DNA from: Eledone cirrhosa
Lineage: Eukaryota
Assembly: GCA_964016885.1 (NCBI GenBank)
Contig: OZ024743.1
Location: 376,836,001 to 376,900,000 of the forward strand
DNA: 64,000 bases
Direction of reading: 5' to 3'
Below are positions 1 through 15,000 of this stretch, piece by piece. The translations under genes were made by a program, and so were the position numbers. The stretch's first letter is position 1, and the number at the start of each line of letters is the position of its first letter. The notes under the pieces were generated by a model. The model had not been told where the DNA came from and made no database searches. It saw only the letters and a list, made by a program, of their open reading frames with translations.

Positions 1-3000
1 GTTGTCAATAGATGCTATAGGGATATATTTGGTCACTGTTGCCAATTGATGCTATAGGGATATATCTGGTCACTGTTGCCAATTGATGCTATAGGGATAT
101 ATTTGGTCACTGTTGCCAATAGATGCTATAGGGATATATTTGGTCACGGTTGCCAATTGATGCTATAGGGATATATTTGGTCACTGTTGCCAATAGATGC
201 TATAGGGGTATATTTGGTCATTGTTGCCAATAGATGCTATAGAGGTATATTTGGTCACTGTTGCCAATAGAAGTTATAGGGATATATTTGGTCACTGTTG
301 CCAATTGATGCTATAGGGATATATTTGGTCACTGTTGTGAATAGATGCTATGGGGATATATTTGGTCACTGTTTCCAATAGATGCTATAGGGATATATTT
401 GGTCACTGTTGCCAATTGATGCTATAGGGATATATTTGGTCACAGTTGCCAATTGATGTTATAGGGATAAATTTGGTCACTGTTGCTATTAGATGTTATA
501 GGTATATATTTGGTCACTGTTGCCAATAGAAGTTATAGGGATATATTTGGTCACTGTTGCCAATTGATGCTATAGGGATATATTTGGTCACATTTGCCAA
601 TAGATGATATAGGGATATATTTGGTCACTGTTGCTATTAGATGCTATAGGTATATATTTGGTCACTGTTGTCAATAGATGATATAGGGATATATTTGATC
701 ACTGTTGCCAATTGATGCTATAGGGATATATTTGGGCACTGTTGCCAATTGATGCTATAGGGATATATTTGGTCACTGTTGTCAATAGCTGCTATAGGGA
801 TATATTTGGTCACTGTTGCCAATAGATGCTATAGGGATATATCTGGTCACTGTTGCCAATTGATGCTATAGGGATATATTTGGTCACTGTTGCCAATAGA
901 TGCTATAGGGATATATTTGGTCACTGTTGTGAATAGATGCTATAGGGATATATTTGGTCACTGTTTCCAATAGATGCTATAGGGATATATTTGTTCACTG
1001 TTGCCAATTGATGCTATAGGGATATATTTGGTCACATTTGCCAATAGATGATATAGGGATATATTTGGTCACTGTTGCTATTAGATGCTATAGGTATATA
1101 TTTGGTCACTGTTGTCAATAGATGATATAGGGATATATTTGATCACTGTTGCCAATTGATGCTATAGGGATATATTTGGGCACTGTTGCCAATTGATGCT
1201 ATAGGGATATATTTGGTCACTGTTGTCAATAGCTGCTATAGGGATATATTTGGTCACTGTTGCCAATAGATGCTATAGGGATATATCTGGTCACTGTTGC
1301 CAATTGATGCTATAGGGATATATTTGGTCACTGTTGCCAATAGATGCTATAGGGATATATTTGGTCACGGTTGCCAATTGATGCTATAGGGATATATTTG
1401 GTCACTGTTGCCAATAGATGCTATAGGGGTATATTTGGTCATTGTTGCCAATAGATGCTATAGGGGTATATTTGGTCACTGTTGCCAATAGAAGTTATAG
1501 GGATATATTTGGTCACTGTTGCCAATTGATGCTATAGGGATATATTTGGTCACTGTTGTGAATAGATGCTATGGGGATATATTTGGTCACTGTTTCCAAT
1601 AGATGCTATAGGGATATATTTGGTCACTGTTGCCAATTGATGCTATAGGGATATATTTGGTCACAGTTGCCAATTGATGTTATAGGGATATATTTGGTCA
1701 CTGTTGCTATTAGATGTTATAGGTATATATTTGGTCACTGTTGCCAATAGAAGTTATAGGGATATATTTGGTCACTGTTGCCAATTGATGCTATAGGGAT
1801 ATATTTGGTCACTGTTGTGAATAGATGCTATAGGGATATATTTGGTCACTGTTTCCAATAGATGCTATAGGGATATATTTGTTCACTGTTGCACATTGAT
1901 GCTATAGGGATATATTTGGTCACATTTGCCAATAGATGATATAGAGATATATTTGGTCACTGTTGCTATTAGATGCTATAGGTATATATTTGGTCACTGT
2001 TGTCAATAGATGATATAGGGATATATTTGATCACTGTTGCCAATTGATGCTATAGGGATATATTTGGGCACTGTTGCCAATTGATGCTATAGGGATATAT
2101 TTGGTCACTGTTGTCAATAGCTGCTATAGGGATATATTTGGTCACTGTTGCCAATAGATGCTATAGGGATATATTTGGTCACTGTTGCCAATTGATGCTA
2201 TAGGGATATATTTGGTCACTGTTGCTAATTGATGCTATAGGGATATATTTGGTCACTGTTGCCAATAGATGCTATAGGGATATATTTGGTCACTGTTGCC
2301 AATAGATGCTATAGGGATATATTTGGTCACTGTTGTCAATAGATGCTATAGGTATATATTTGGTCACTGTTGCCAATAGATGCTATAGAGATATATTTGG
2401 TCACTGTTGTCAATAGATGCTATAGGGATATATTTGGTCACTGTTGCCAATTGATGCTATAGGGATATATTTGGTCACTGTCGCCAATAGATGCTATAGG
2501 GATATATATGGTCACTGTTGCCAATTGATGCTATAGGGATATATTTGGTCACTGTTGTCAATAGCTGCTATAGGGATATATGTGGTCACTGTTGCCAATA
2601 GATGATAAAGGGATATATTTGGTCACTGTTGCCAATAGATGCTATAGGGATATATTTGGTCACTGTTATTATTAGATGCTATAGGGATATATTTGGTCAC
2701 TGTTGCCAATAGATGCTATAGGGATATATTTGGTCACTGTTGCCAATAGATGCTATAGGGATATATTTGGTCACTATTGCCAATAGATGCTATAGGGATA
2801 TATTTGGTCACTGTAGCCAATAGATGCTATAGAGATATATTTGGTCACTGTTGCCAATAGATGCTATAGGGATATATTTGGTCACTGTTGCCAATAGATG
2901 CTATAGGAATATATTTGGTCACTGTTGCCAATAGATTCTATAGGGATATATTTGGTCACTGTTGCCAATTGATTCTATAGGGATATATTTGGTCACTGTT

Positions 3001-6000
3001 GCCAATAGATGTTATAGGGATATATTTGGGGACTGTTGTCAATAGATGCTATAGGGATATATTTGGTCACTGTTGTCAATAGATATTATAGGGATATATT
3101 TGGTCACTGTTGCCAATAGATGTATAGGGATATATTTGGTCACTGTTGCCAATTGATGCTATAGGGATATATTTGGTCACTGTTGTCAATAGATGCTATC
3201 GGGATATATTTGGTCACTGTTGCCAATTGATGCTATAGGGATATATCTGGTCACTGTTGCCAATTGATGCTATAGGGATATATTTGGTCACTGTTGCCAA
3301 TAGATGCTATAGGGATATATTTGGTCACGGTTGCCAATTGATGCTATAGGGATATATTTGGTCACTGTTGCCAATAGATGCTATAGGGGTATATTTGGTC
3401 ATTGTTGCCAATAGTTGCTATAGGGGTATATTTGGTCACTTGTTGCCAATAGAAGTTATAGGGATATATTTGGTCACTGTTGCCAATTGATGCTATAGGG
3501 ATATATTTGGTCACTGTTGTGAATAGATGCTATGGGGATATATTTAGTCACTGTTTCCAATAGATGCTATAGGGATATATTTGGTCACTGTTGCCAATTG
3601 ATGCTATAGGGATATATTTGGTCACAGTTGCCAATAGATGTTATAGGGATATATTTGGTCACTGTTGCTATTAGATGCTATAGGTATATATTTGGTCACT
3701 GTTGCCAATATATGCTATAGGGATATATTTGCGCACTGTTGCCAATTGATGCTATAGGGATATATTTGGTCACGGTTGCCAATAGATGCTATAGGGATAT
3801 ATTTGGGCACTGTTGCCAATAGATGCTACAGGGATATATTTGGGCACTGTTGCCAATAGATGCTATAGGTATATATTTGGTCACGGTTGCCAATTGATGC
3901 TATAGGGATTTATTTGGTCACTGTTGCCAATTGATGCTATAGGGATATATTTGGTCACTGTTGCTAATTGATGCTATAGGGATATATTTGGTCACTGTTG
4001 CCAATAGATGCTACAGGGATATATTTGGTCACTGTTGCCAATAGATGTTATAGGGATATATTTGGTCACTGTTGCCAATAGATGTTATAGGGATATATTT
4101 GGTCACTGTTGCCAATAGATGCTATAGGAATATATTTGGTCACTGTTGCCAATAGATGCTATAGGGATATATTTGGTCACTGTTGCTAATTGATGCTATA
4201 GGGATATATTTGGTCACTGTTGCCAATAGAAGCTACAGGGATATATTTGGTCACTGTTGCCAATAGATGCTATAGGAATATATTTGGTCACTGTTGCCAA
4301 TAGATGCTATAGGGATATATTTGGTCACTGTTGCCAATAGATGCTATAGGGATATATTTGGTCACTGTTGCCAATAGATGCTATAGGGATATATTTGGTC
4401 ACTGTTGCCAATAGATGCTATAGGGATATATTTGGTCACTTGTGCCAATTGATGCTATAGGGATATATTTGGTCACTGTTGCCAATAGATGCTATAGGGA
4501 TATATTTGGTCACTTGTGCCAATTGATGCTATAGGGATATATTTGGTCATTGTTGCTAATTGATGTTATAGGGATATATTTGGTCACTGCTGCCAATAGA
4601 TGCTATAGGGATATATTTGGTCACTGTTGTCAATAGATGCTATAGGGATATATTTGATCACTGTTGCCAATTGATGTTATAGGGATATATTTAGTCACTG
4701 CTGCCAATAGATGCTATAGGGATATATTTGGGCACTGTTGTCAATTGATGCTATAGGGATATATTTGGTCACTGTTGTCAATAGATGCTATAGGGATATA
4801 TTTGGTCACTATTGCCAATAGATGCTATAGGGATATATTTGGTCACTGTTGCCAGTAGATGCTATAGGGATATATTTGGTCACTATTGCCAATAGATGCT
4901 ATAGGAATATATTTGGTCACTGTTGCCAATAGATGCTATAGGTATATATTTGGTCACTGTTGCCAATAGATTCTATAGGGATATCTTTGGTCACTGTTGT
5001 CAATAGATGTTATAGGGATATATTTGGTCACTGTTGCCAATTGATGCTATAGGGATATATTTGGTCACTGTTGTCAATAGATGCTATAGGGATATATTTG
5101 GTCACTGTTGCCAATTAATGCTATAGCGATATATTTAGTCACTGTTGCCAATAGATGCTATAGGGATATATATGGTCACTGTTGCCAATTGATGCTATAG
5201 GGATATATATGGTCACTGTTGCCAATTGATGCTATAGGGATATATTTGGTCACTGTTGTCAATAGATGCTATAGGGATATATTTGGTCACTGTTGCCAAT
5301 AGATGATAAAGGGATATATTTGGTCACTGTTGCCAATAGATGCTATAGGGATATATTTGGTCACTGTTGCCAATAGATGCTATAGGGATATATTTGGTCA
5401 CTGTTGCCAATAGATGCTATAGGGATATATTTGGTCACTTGTGCCAATTGCTGCTATAGGGATATATTTGGTCACTGTTGCCAATAGATGCTATAGGGAT
5501 ATATTTGGTCACTATTGCCAATAGATGTTATAGGGATATATTTGGTCACTGTTGCCAGTAGATGCTATATGGATATATTTGGTCACTATTGCCAATAGAT
5601 GCTATAGGGATATATTTGGTCACTGTTGCCAATAGATGATAAAGGGATATATTTGGTCACTGTTGCCAATAGATGCTATAGGGATATATTTGGTCATTGT
5701 TATTATTAGATGTTATAGGGATATATTTGGTCACTGTTGCCAATAGATGCTATAGGGATATATTTGGTCACTGTTGCCAATTGATGCTATAGGGATATAT
5801 TTGGTCACTGTTGTCAATAGATGCTATAGGGATATATTTGGTCACTGTTGTCAATAGATGCTATAGGGATATATTTGGTCACTGTTGCCAATAGATGCTA
5901 TAGGGATATATTTGGTCACTATTGCCAATAGATGCTATAGGGATATATTTGGTCACTGTAGCCAATAGATGCTATAGGGATATATTTGGTCACTGTTGCC

Positions 6001-9000
6001 AATAGATGCTATAGGAATATATTTGGTCACTGTTGCCAATAGATGCTATAGGGATATATTTGGTCACTGTTGCCAATTGATGCTATAGGGATATATTTGG
6101 TCACTGTTGCCAATTGATGCTATAGGGATATATTTGGTCACTGTTGTCAATAGATGCTATAGGGATATATTTGGTCACTGTTGCCAATTGATGCTATAGG
6201 GATATATCTGGTCACTGTTGCCAATTGATGCTATAGGGCTATATTTGGTCACTGTTGCCAATAGATGCTATAGGGATATATTTGGTCACGGTTGCCAATT
6301 GATGCTATTGGGATATATTTGGTGACTGTTTCCAATAGATGCTATAGGGATATATTTGGTCACTGTTGCCAATTGATGCTATAGGGATATATTTGGTCAC
6401 AGTTGCCAATAGATGTTATAGGGATATATTTGGTCACTGTTGCTATTAGATGCTATAGGTATATATTTGGTCAGTGTTGCCAATAGATGCTATAGGGATA
6501 TATTTGGTCACGGTTGCCAATAGATGCTATAGGGATATATTTGGGCACTGTTGCCAATTGATGCTATAGGGATATATTTGGTCACGGTTGCCAATTGATG
6601 CTATAGGGATTTATTTGGTCACTGTTGCCAATTGATGCTATAGGGATATATTTGGTCACTGTTGCTAATTGATGCTATAGGGATATATTTGGTCACTGTT
6701 GCCAATAGATGCTATAGGGATATATTTGGTTACTGTTGCCCATTGATGCTATAGGGATATATTTGGTCACTGTTGCCAATAGATGCTATAGGGATATATT
6801 TGGTGACTGTTGCCAATAGATGCTATAGGGATATATTTGGTCACTTGTGCCAATTGATGCTATAGGGATATATTTGGTCATTGTTGCTAATTGATCTTAT
6901 AGGGATATATTTGGTCACTGCTGCCAATAGATGCTATAGGGATATATTTGGTCACTGTTGCCAATTGACGCTATAGGGATATATTTGGTCACTGTTGCCA
7001 ATAGATGCTATAGGGATATATTTGGTCTCTGTTGCCAATTGATGTTATAGGGATATATTTGGTCACTGCTGCCAATAGATGCTATAGGGATATATTTGGT
7101 CACTGTTGTCAATAGATGCTATAGGGATATATTTAGTCACTATTGCCAATAGATGCTATAGGGATATATTTGGTCACTATTGCCAATTGATGCTATAGGG
7201 ATATATTTGGTCACTGTTGCCAATAGATGCTATAGGGATATATTTGGTCACTGTTGCCAATAGATGCTATAGGGATATATTTGGTCACTGTTGTCAATAG
7301 ATGCAATAGGGATATATTTGGTCACTGTTGTCAATAGATGCTATAGGGATATATTTGGTCACTGTTGCCAATAGATGCTATAGGGATATATTTGGTCACT
7401 GTTGTCAATAGATGCTATAGGGATATATTTGATCACTGTTGCCAATTGATTCTATAGGGATATATTTGGGCACTGTTGTCAATTGATGCTATAGGGATAT
7501 ATTTGGTCACTGTTGTCAATAGATGCTATAGGGATATATTTGGTCACTGTTGCCAATAGATGATAAAGGGATATATTTGGTCACTGTTGCCAATAGATGC
7601 TATAGGGATATATTTGGTCATTGTTATTATTAGATGCTATAGGGATATATTTGGTCACTGTTGCCAATAGATGCTATAGGGATATATTTGGTCACTGTTG
7701 CCAATTGATGCTATAGGGATATATTTGGTCACTGTTGTCAATAGATGCTATAGGGATATATTTGGTCACTGTTGTCAATAGATGCTATAGGGATATATTT
7801 GGTCACTGTTGCCAATAGATGCTATAGGGATATATTTGGTCACTATTGCCAATAGATGCTATAGGGATATATTTGGTCACTGTAGCCAATAGATGCTATA
7901 GAGATATATTTGGTCACTGTTGCCAATAGATGCTATAGGGATATATTTGGTCACTGTTGCCAATAGATGCTATAGGAATATATTTGGTCACTGTTGCCAA
8001 TAGATGCTATAGGGATATATTTGGTCACTGTTGCCAATTGATGCTATAGGGATATATTTGGTCACTGTTGCCAATTGATGCTATAGGGATATATTTGGTC
8101 ACTGTTGTCAATAGATGCTATAGGGATATATTTGGTCACTGTTGCCAATTGATGCTATAGGGATATATCTGGTCACTGTTGCCAATTGATGCTATAGGGC
8201 TATATTTGGTCACTGTTGCCAATAGATGCTATAGGGATATATTTGGTCACGGTTGCCAATTGATGCTATAGGGATATATTTGGTCACTGTTTCCAATAGA
8301 TGCTATAGGGATATATTTGGTCACTGTTGCCAATTGATGCTATAGGGATATATTTGGTCACAGTTGCCAATAGATGTTATAGGGATATATTTGGTCACTG
8401 TTGCTATTAGATGCTATAGGTATATATTTGGTCAGTGTTGCCAATAGATGCTATAGGGATATATTTGGTCACGGTTGCCAATAGATGCTATAGGGATATA
8501 TTTGGTCACGGTTGCCAATTGATGCTATAGGGATTTATTTGGTCACTGTTGCCAATTGATGCTATAGGGATATATTTGGTCACTGTTGCTAATTGATGCT
8601 ATAGGGATATATTTGGTCACTGTTGCCAATAGATGCTATAGGGATATATTTGGTTACTGTTGCCCATTGATGCTATAGGGATATATTTGGTCACTGTTGC
8701 CAATAGATGCTATAGGGATATATTTGGTCACTGTTGCCAATAGATGCTATAGGGATATATTTGGTCACTGTTGTCAATAGATATTATAGGGATATATTTG
8801 GTCACTGTTGTCTATAGATGTTATAGGGATATATTTGGTCACTGTTGCCAATTGATGCTATAGGGATATATTTGGTCACTGTTGCCAATAGCTGCTATAG
8901 GGATATATTTGGTCACTGTTGTCAATAGATGCTATAGGGATATATTTGGTCACTGTTGCCAATAGATGCTATAGGGATAAATTTGGTCACTATTGCCAAT

Positions 9001-12000
9001 AGATGCTATAGGGATATATTTGGTCACTGTAGCCAATAGATACTATAGAGATATATTTGGTCACTCTTGCCAATAGATGCTATAGGGATATATTTGGTCA
9101 CTGTTGCCAATAGATTCTATAGGGATATATTTGGTCACTGTTATTAATAGATGCTATAGGGATATATTTGGTCACTGTTGCCAATAGATGCTATAGGGAT
9201 ATATTTGGTCACTGTTGCCAATTGACGCTATAGGGATATATTTGGTCACTGTTGTCAATAGATGCTATAGGGATATATTTGGTCACTGTTGTCAATAGAT
9301 GCTATAGGGATATATTTGGTCACTGTTGCCAATAGATGCTATAGGGATATATTTGGTCACTATTGCCAATAGATGCTATAGGGATATATTTGGTCACTGT
9401 AGCCAATAGATACTATAGAGATATATTTGGTCACTGTTGCCAATAGATGCTATAGGGATATATTTGGTCACTGTTGCCAATAGATGCTATAGGAATATAT
9501 TTGGTCACTGTTGCCAATAGATGTTATAGGGATATATTTGGTCACTGTTGCCAATAGATGTTATAGGGATATATTTGGTCACTGTTGCCAATAGATGCTA
9601 TAGGAATATATTTGGTCACTGTTGCCAATAGATGCTATAGGGATATATTTGGTCACTGTTGCCAATAGATGCTATAGTGATATATTTGGTCACTGTTGCC
9701 AATAGATGTTATAGGGATATATTTGGTCACTGTTGCCAATAGATGCTATAGGAATATATTTGGTCACTGTTGCCAATAGATGCTATAGGGATATATTTGG
9801 TCACTGTTGCCAATTGATGCTATAGTGATATATTTGGTCACTGTTGCCAATAGATGCTATAGGGATATATTTGGTCACTGTTGCCAATTGATGCTATAGT
9901 GATATATTTGGTCACTGTTGCCAATAGATGCTATAGGGATATATTTGGTCACTGTTGCCAATAGATGCTATAGGAATATATTTGGTCACTGTTGCCAATA
10001 GATGCTATAGGGATATATTTGGTCACTGTTGCCAATTGATGCTATAGTGATATATTTGGTCACTGTTGCCAATAGATGTTATAGGGATATATTTGGTGAC
10101 TGTTGTCAATAGATGTTATAGGGATATATTTGGTCACTGTTGTCAATAGATATTATAGGGATATATTTGGTCACTGTTGTCTATAGATGTTATAGGGATA
10201 TATTTGGTCACTGTTGCCAATTGATGCTATAGGGATATATTTGGTCACTGTTGCCAATAGTTGCTATAGGGATATATTTGGTCACTGTTGTCAATAGATG
10301 CTATAGGGATATATTTGGTCACTGTTGCCAATAGATGCTATAGGGATATATTTGGTCACCATTGCCAATAGATGCTATAGGGATATATTTGGTCACTGTA
10401 GCCAATAGATACTATAGAGATATATTTGGTCACTCTTGCCAATAGATGCTATAGGGATATATTTGGTCACTGTTGCCAATAGATGCTATAGGAATATATT
10501 TGGTCACTGTTGCCAATAGATGCTATAGGGATATATTTGGTCACTGTTGCCAATTGATGCTATAGTGATATATTTGGTCACTGTTGCCAATAGATGTTAT
10601 AGGGATATATTTGGTGACTGTTGTCAATAGATGTTATAGGGATATATTTGGTCACTGTTGTCAATAGATATTATAGGGATATATTTGGTCACTGTTGTCT
10701 ATAGATGTTATAGGGATATATTTGGTCACTGTTGCCAATTGATGCTATAGGGATATATTTGGTCACTGTTGTCAATAGATGCTATAGGGATATATTTGGT
10801 CACGGTTGCCAATTGATTCTATAGGGATATATTTGGTGACTGTTGCCAATAGATGCTATAGGGGTATATTTGGTCACTGTTGCCAATAGATGCTATATGG
10901 GTATATTTGGTCACTGTTGCCAATAGAAGTTATAGGGATATATTTGGTCACTGTTGCCAATTGATGCTATAGGGATATATTTGGTCACTGTTGTGAATAG
11001 ATGCTATAGGGATATATTTGGTCACTGTTTCCAATAGATGCTATAGGGATATATTTGTTCACTGTTGCCAATTGATGCTATAGGGATATATTTGGTCACA
11101 GTTGCCAATAGATGTTATAGGGATATATTTGGTCACTGTTGCTATTAGATGCTATAGGTATATAGTTGGTCACTGTTGTGAATAGATGCTATAGGGATAT
11201 ATTTGGTCACTGTTGCCAATAGATGCTATAGGGATTTATTTGGGCACTGTTGCCAATCGATGCTATAGGGATATATTTGGTCACTGTTGCCAATAGATGC
11301 TATAGGGATATATTTGGTCACTGTTGCTAATTGATGCTATAGGGATATATTTGGTCACTGTTGCTAATTGATGCTATAGGGATTTATTTGGTCACTGTTG
11401 CCAATTGATGCTATAGGGATATATTTGGTCACTGTTGCTAATTGATGCTATAGGGATATATTTGGTCACTGTTGCCAATTGATGCTATAGGGATTTATTT
11501 GGTCACTGTTGCCAATTGATGCTATAGGGATATATTTGGTCACTGTTGCCAATTGATGCTACAGGGATATATTTGGTCACTGTTGCCAATAGATGCTATA
11601 GGGATATATTTGGTCACTGTTGCTAATTGATGCTACAGGGATATATTTGGTCACTGTTGCCAATTGATGCTACAGGGATATATTTGCTCACTGTTGCCAA
11701 TTGATGCTATAGTGATATATTTGGTCACTGTTGCTAATTGATGCTATAGGAATATATTTGGTCACTGTTGCCAATAGATGCTATAGGGATATATTTGGTC
11801 ACTGTTGCCAATAGATGCTATAGGGATATATTTGGTCACTATTGCCAATAGATGCTATAAGGATATATTTGGTCACTGTTGCCAATAGATGCTATAGGGA
11901 TATATTTGGTCACTTTTGCCAATTGATGCTATAGGGATATATTTGGTCACTGTTGTCAATAGATGCTATAGGGATATATTTGGTCACTGTTGCCAATAGA

Positions 12001-15000
12001 TGCTATAGGGATATATTTGGTCACTGTTGTCAATAGATGCTATAGGGATATATTTGGTCACTGTTGCCAATTGATGCTATAGGGATATATTTGGTCACTG
12101 TTGCCAATAGATGCTATAGGGATATATCTGGTCACTGTAGCCAATTGATGCTATAGGGATATATTTGGTCACTCTTGCCAATTGATGCTATAGGGATATA
12201 TTTGGTCACTGTTGCTAATTGATGCTATAGGGATATATTTGGTCACTGTTTCCAATAGATGCTATAGGGATATATTTGGTCACTGTTGCCAATTGATGCT
12301 AGAGGGATATATTTGGGCACTGTTGTCAATTGATGCTATAGGGATATATTTGGTCACTGTTGTCAATAGATGCTATAGGGATATATTTGGTCACTGTTGC
12401 CAATAGATGCTATAGGGATATATTTGGTCACTATTGCCAATAGATGCTATAGGGATATATTTGGTCACTGTTGCCAGTAGATGCTATAGGGATATATTTG
12501 GTCACTATTGCCAATAGATGCTATAGGGATACATTTGGTCACTGTTGCCAATAGATGCTATAGGGATATATTTGGTCACTGTTGCCAATAGATTCTATAG
12601 GGATATCTTTGGTCACTGTTGTCAATAGATGCTATAGGGATATACTTGGTCACTGTTGCCAATTGATGCTATAGGGATATATTTGGTCACTGTTGCCAAT
12701 TGATGCAATAGGGATATATTTGGTCACTGTTGTCAATAGATGCTATAGGGATATATTTGGTCACTGTTGCCAATAGATGCTATAGGGATATATTTCGTCA
12801 CTGTTGTCAATAGATGCTATAGGGATATATTTGGTCACTGTTGTCAATAGATGCTATAGGGATATATTTGGTCACAGTTGCCAATAGATGCTATAGGAAT
12901 ATATTTGGTCACTGTTGCCAATTGATGCTATAGGGATATATTTGGGCACTGTTGTCAATTGATGCTATAGGGATATATTTGGTCACTGTTGTCAATAGAT
13001 GCTATAGGGATATATTTGGTCACTGTTGCCAATAGATGCTATAGGGATATATTTGGTCACTATTGCCAATAGATGCTATAGGGATATATTTGGTCACTGT
13101 TGCCAATAGATGCTATAGGGATATATTTGGTCACTATTGCCAATAGATGCTATAGGGATATATTTGGTAACTGTTGCCAATAGATGCTATAGGGATATAT
13201 TTGGTCACTGTTGGCAATTGACGCTATAGGGATATATTTGGTCACTGTTGCCAATAGATGCTATAGATATATATTTGGTCACTGATGTCAATAGATGCTA
13301 TAGGGATATATTTGGTCACTGTTGCCAATAGACGCTATAGGGATATATTTGGTCACTATTGCCGATAGATGCTATAGGGATATATTTGGTCACTGTTGTC
13401 AATAGATGCTATAGGGATATATTTGGTCACTGTTGCCAATAGATGCTATAGGGATATATTTGGTCACTGTTGTCAATAGATGCTATAGGGATATATTTGG
13501 TCACTGTTGCCAATTGATGCTATAGGTATATATTTGGTCACTGTTGCCAATAGATGCTATAGGGTTATATTTGGTCACTGTTGCCAATTGATGCTATAGG
13601 GATATATTTGGTCACTCTTGCCAATTGATGCTATAGGGATATATTTGGTCACTGTTGCTAATTGATGCTATAGGGATATATTTGGTCACTGTTTCCAATA
13701 GATGCTATAGGGATATATTTGGTCACTGTTGCCAATTGATGCTAGAGGGATATATTTGGGCACTGTTGTCAATTGATGCTATAGGGATATATTTGGTCAC
13801 TGTTGTCGATAGATGCTATAGGGATATATTTGGTCACTGTTGCCAATAGATGCTATAGGGATATATTTGGTCACTATTGCCAATAGATGCTATAGGGATA
13901 TATTTGGTCACTGTTGCCAGTAGATGCTATAGGGATATATTTGGTCACTATTGCCAATAGATGCTATAGGGATACATTTGGTCACTGTTGCCAATAGATG
14001 CTATAGGGATATATTTGGTCACTGTTGCCAATAGATTCTATAGGGATATCTTTGGTCACTGTTGTCAATAGATGCTATAGGGATATACTTGGTCACTGTT
14101 GCCAATTGATGCTATAGGGATATATTTGGTCACTGTTGCCAATTGATGCAATAGGGATATATTTGGTCACTGTTGTCAATAGATGCTATAGGGATATATT
14201 TGGTCACTGTTGCCAATAGATGCTATAGGGATATATTTCGTCACTGTTGTCAATAGATGCTATAGGGATATATTTGGTCACTGTTGTCAATAGATGCTAT
14301 AGGGATATATTTGGTCACAGTTGCCAATAGATGCTATAGGAATATATTTGGTCACTGTTGCCAATTGATGCTATAGGGATATATTTGGGCACTGTTGTCA
14401 ATTGATGCTATAGGGATATATTTGGTCACTGTTGTCAATAGATGCTATAGGGATATATTTGGTCACTGTTGCCAATAGATGCTATAGGGATATATTTGGT
14501 CACTATTGCCAATAGATGCTATAGGGATATATTTGGTCACTGTTGCCAATAGATGCTATAGGGATATATTTGGTCACTATTGCCAATAGATGCTATAGGG
14601 ATATATTTGGTAACTGTTGCCAATAGATGCTATAGGGATATATTTGGTCACTGTTGGCAATTGACGCTATAGGGATATATTTGGTCACTGTTGCCAATAG
14701 ATGCTATAGGGATATATTTGGTCACTGATGTCAATAGATGCTATAGGGATATATTTGGTCACTGTTGCCAATAGATGCTATAGGGATATATTTGGTCACT
14801 ATTGCCAATAGATGCTATAGGGATATATTTGGTCACTGTAGCCAATAGATGCTATAGAGATATATTTGGTCACTGTTGCCAATAGATGCTATAGGGATAT
14901 ATTTGGTCACTGTTGCCAATAGATGCTATAGGAATATATTTGGTCACTGTTGCCAATAGATGCTATAGGGATATATTTGGTCACTGTTGCCAATTGATGC

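Noticed and set aside
1-37. CCAAT box, TATA-like GATATATTT, GGTCA half-site and a small hairpin (CCAATAG-ATG-CTATAGG) in each monomer
   Set aside because: Short motifs like these are expected by chance. The hairpin is weak and is broken by the common AATTG variant.
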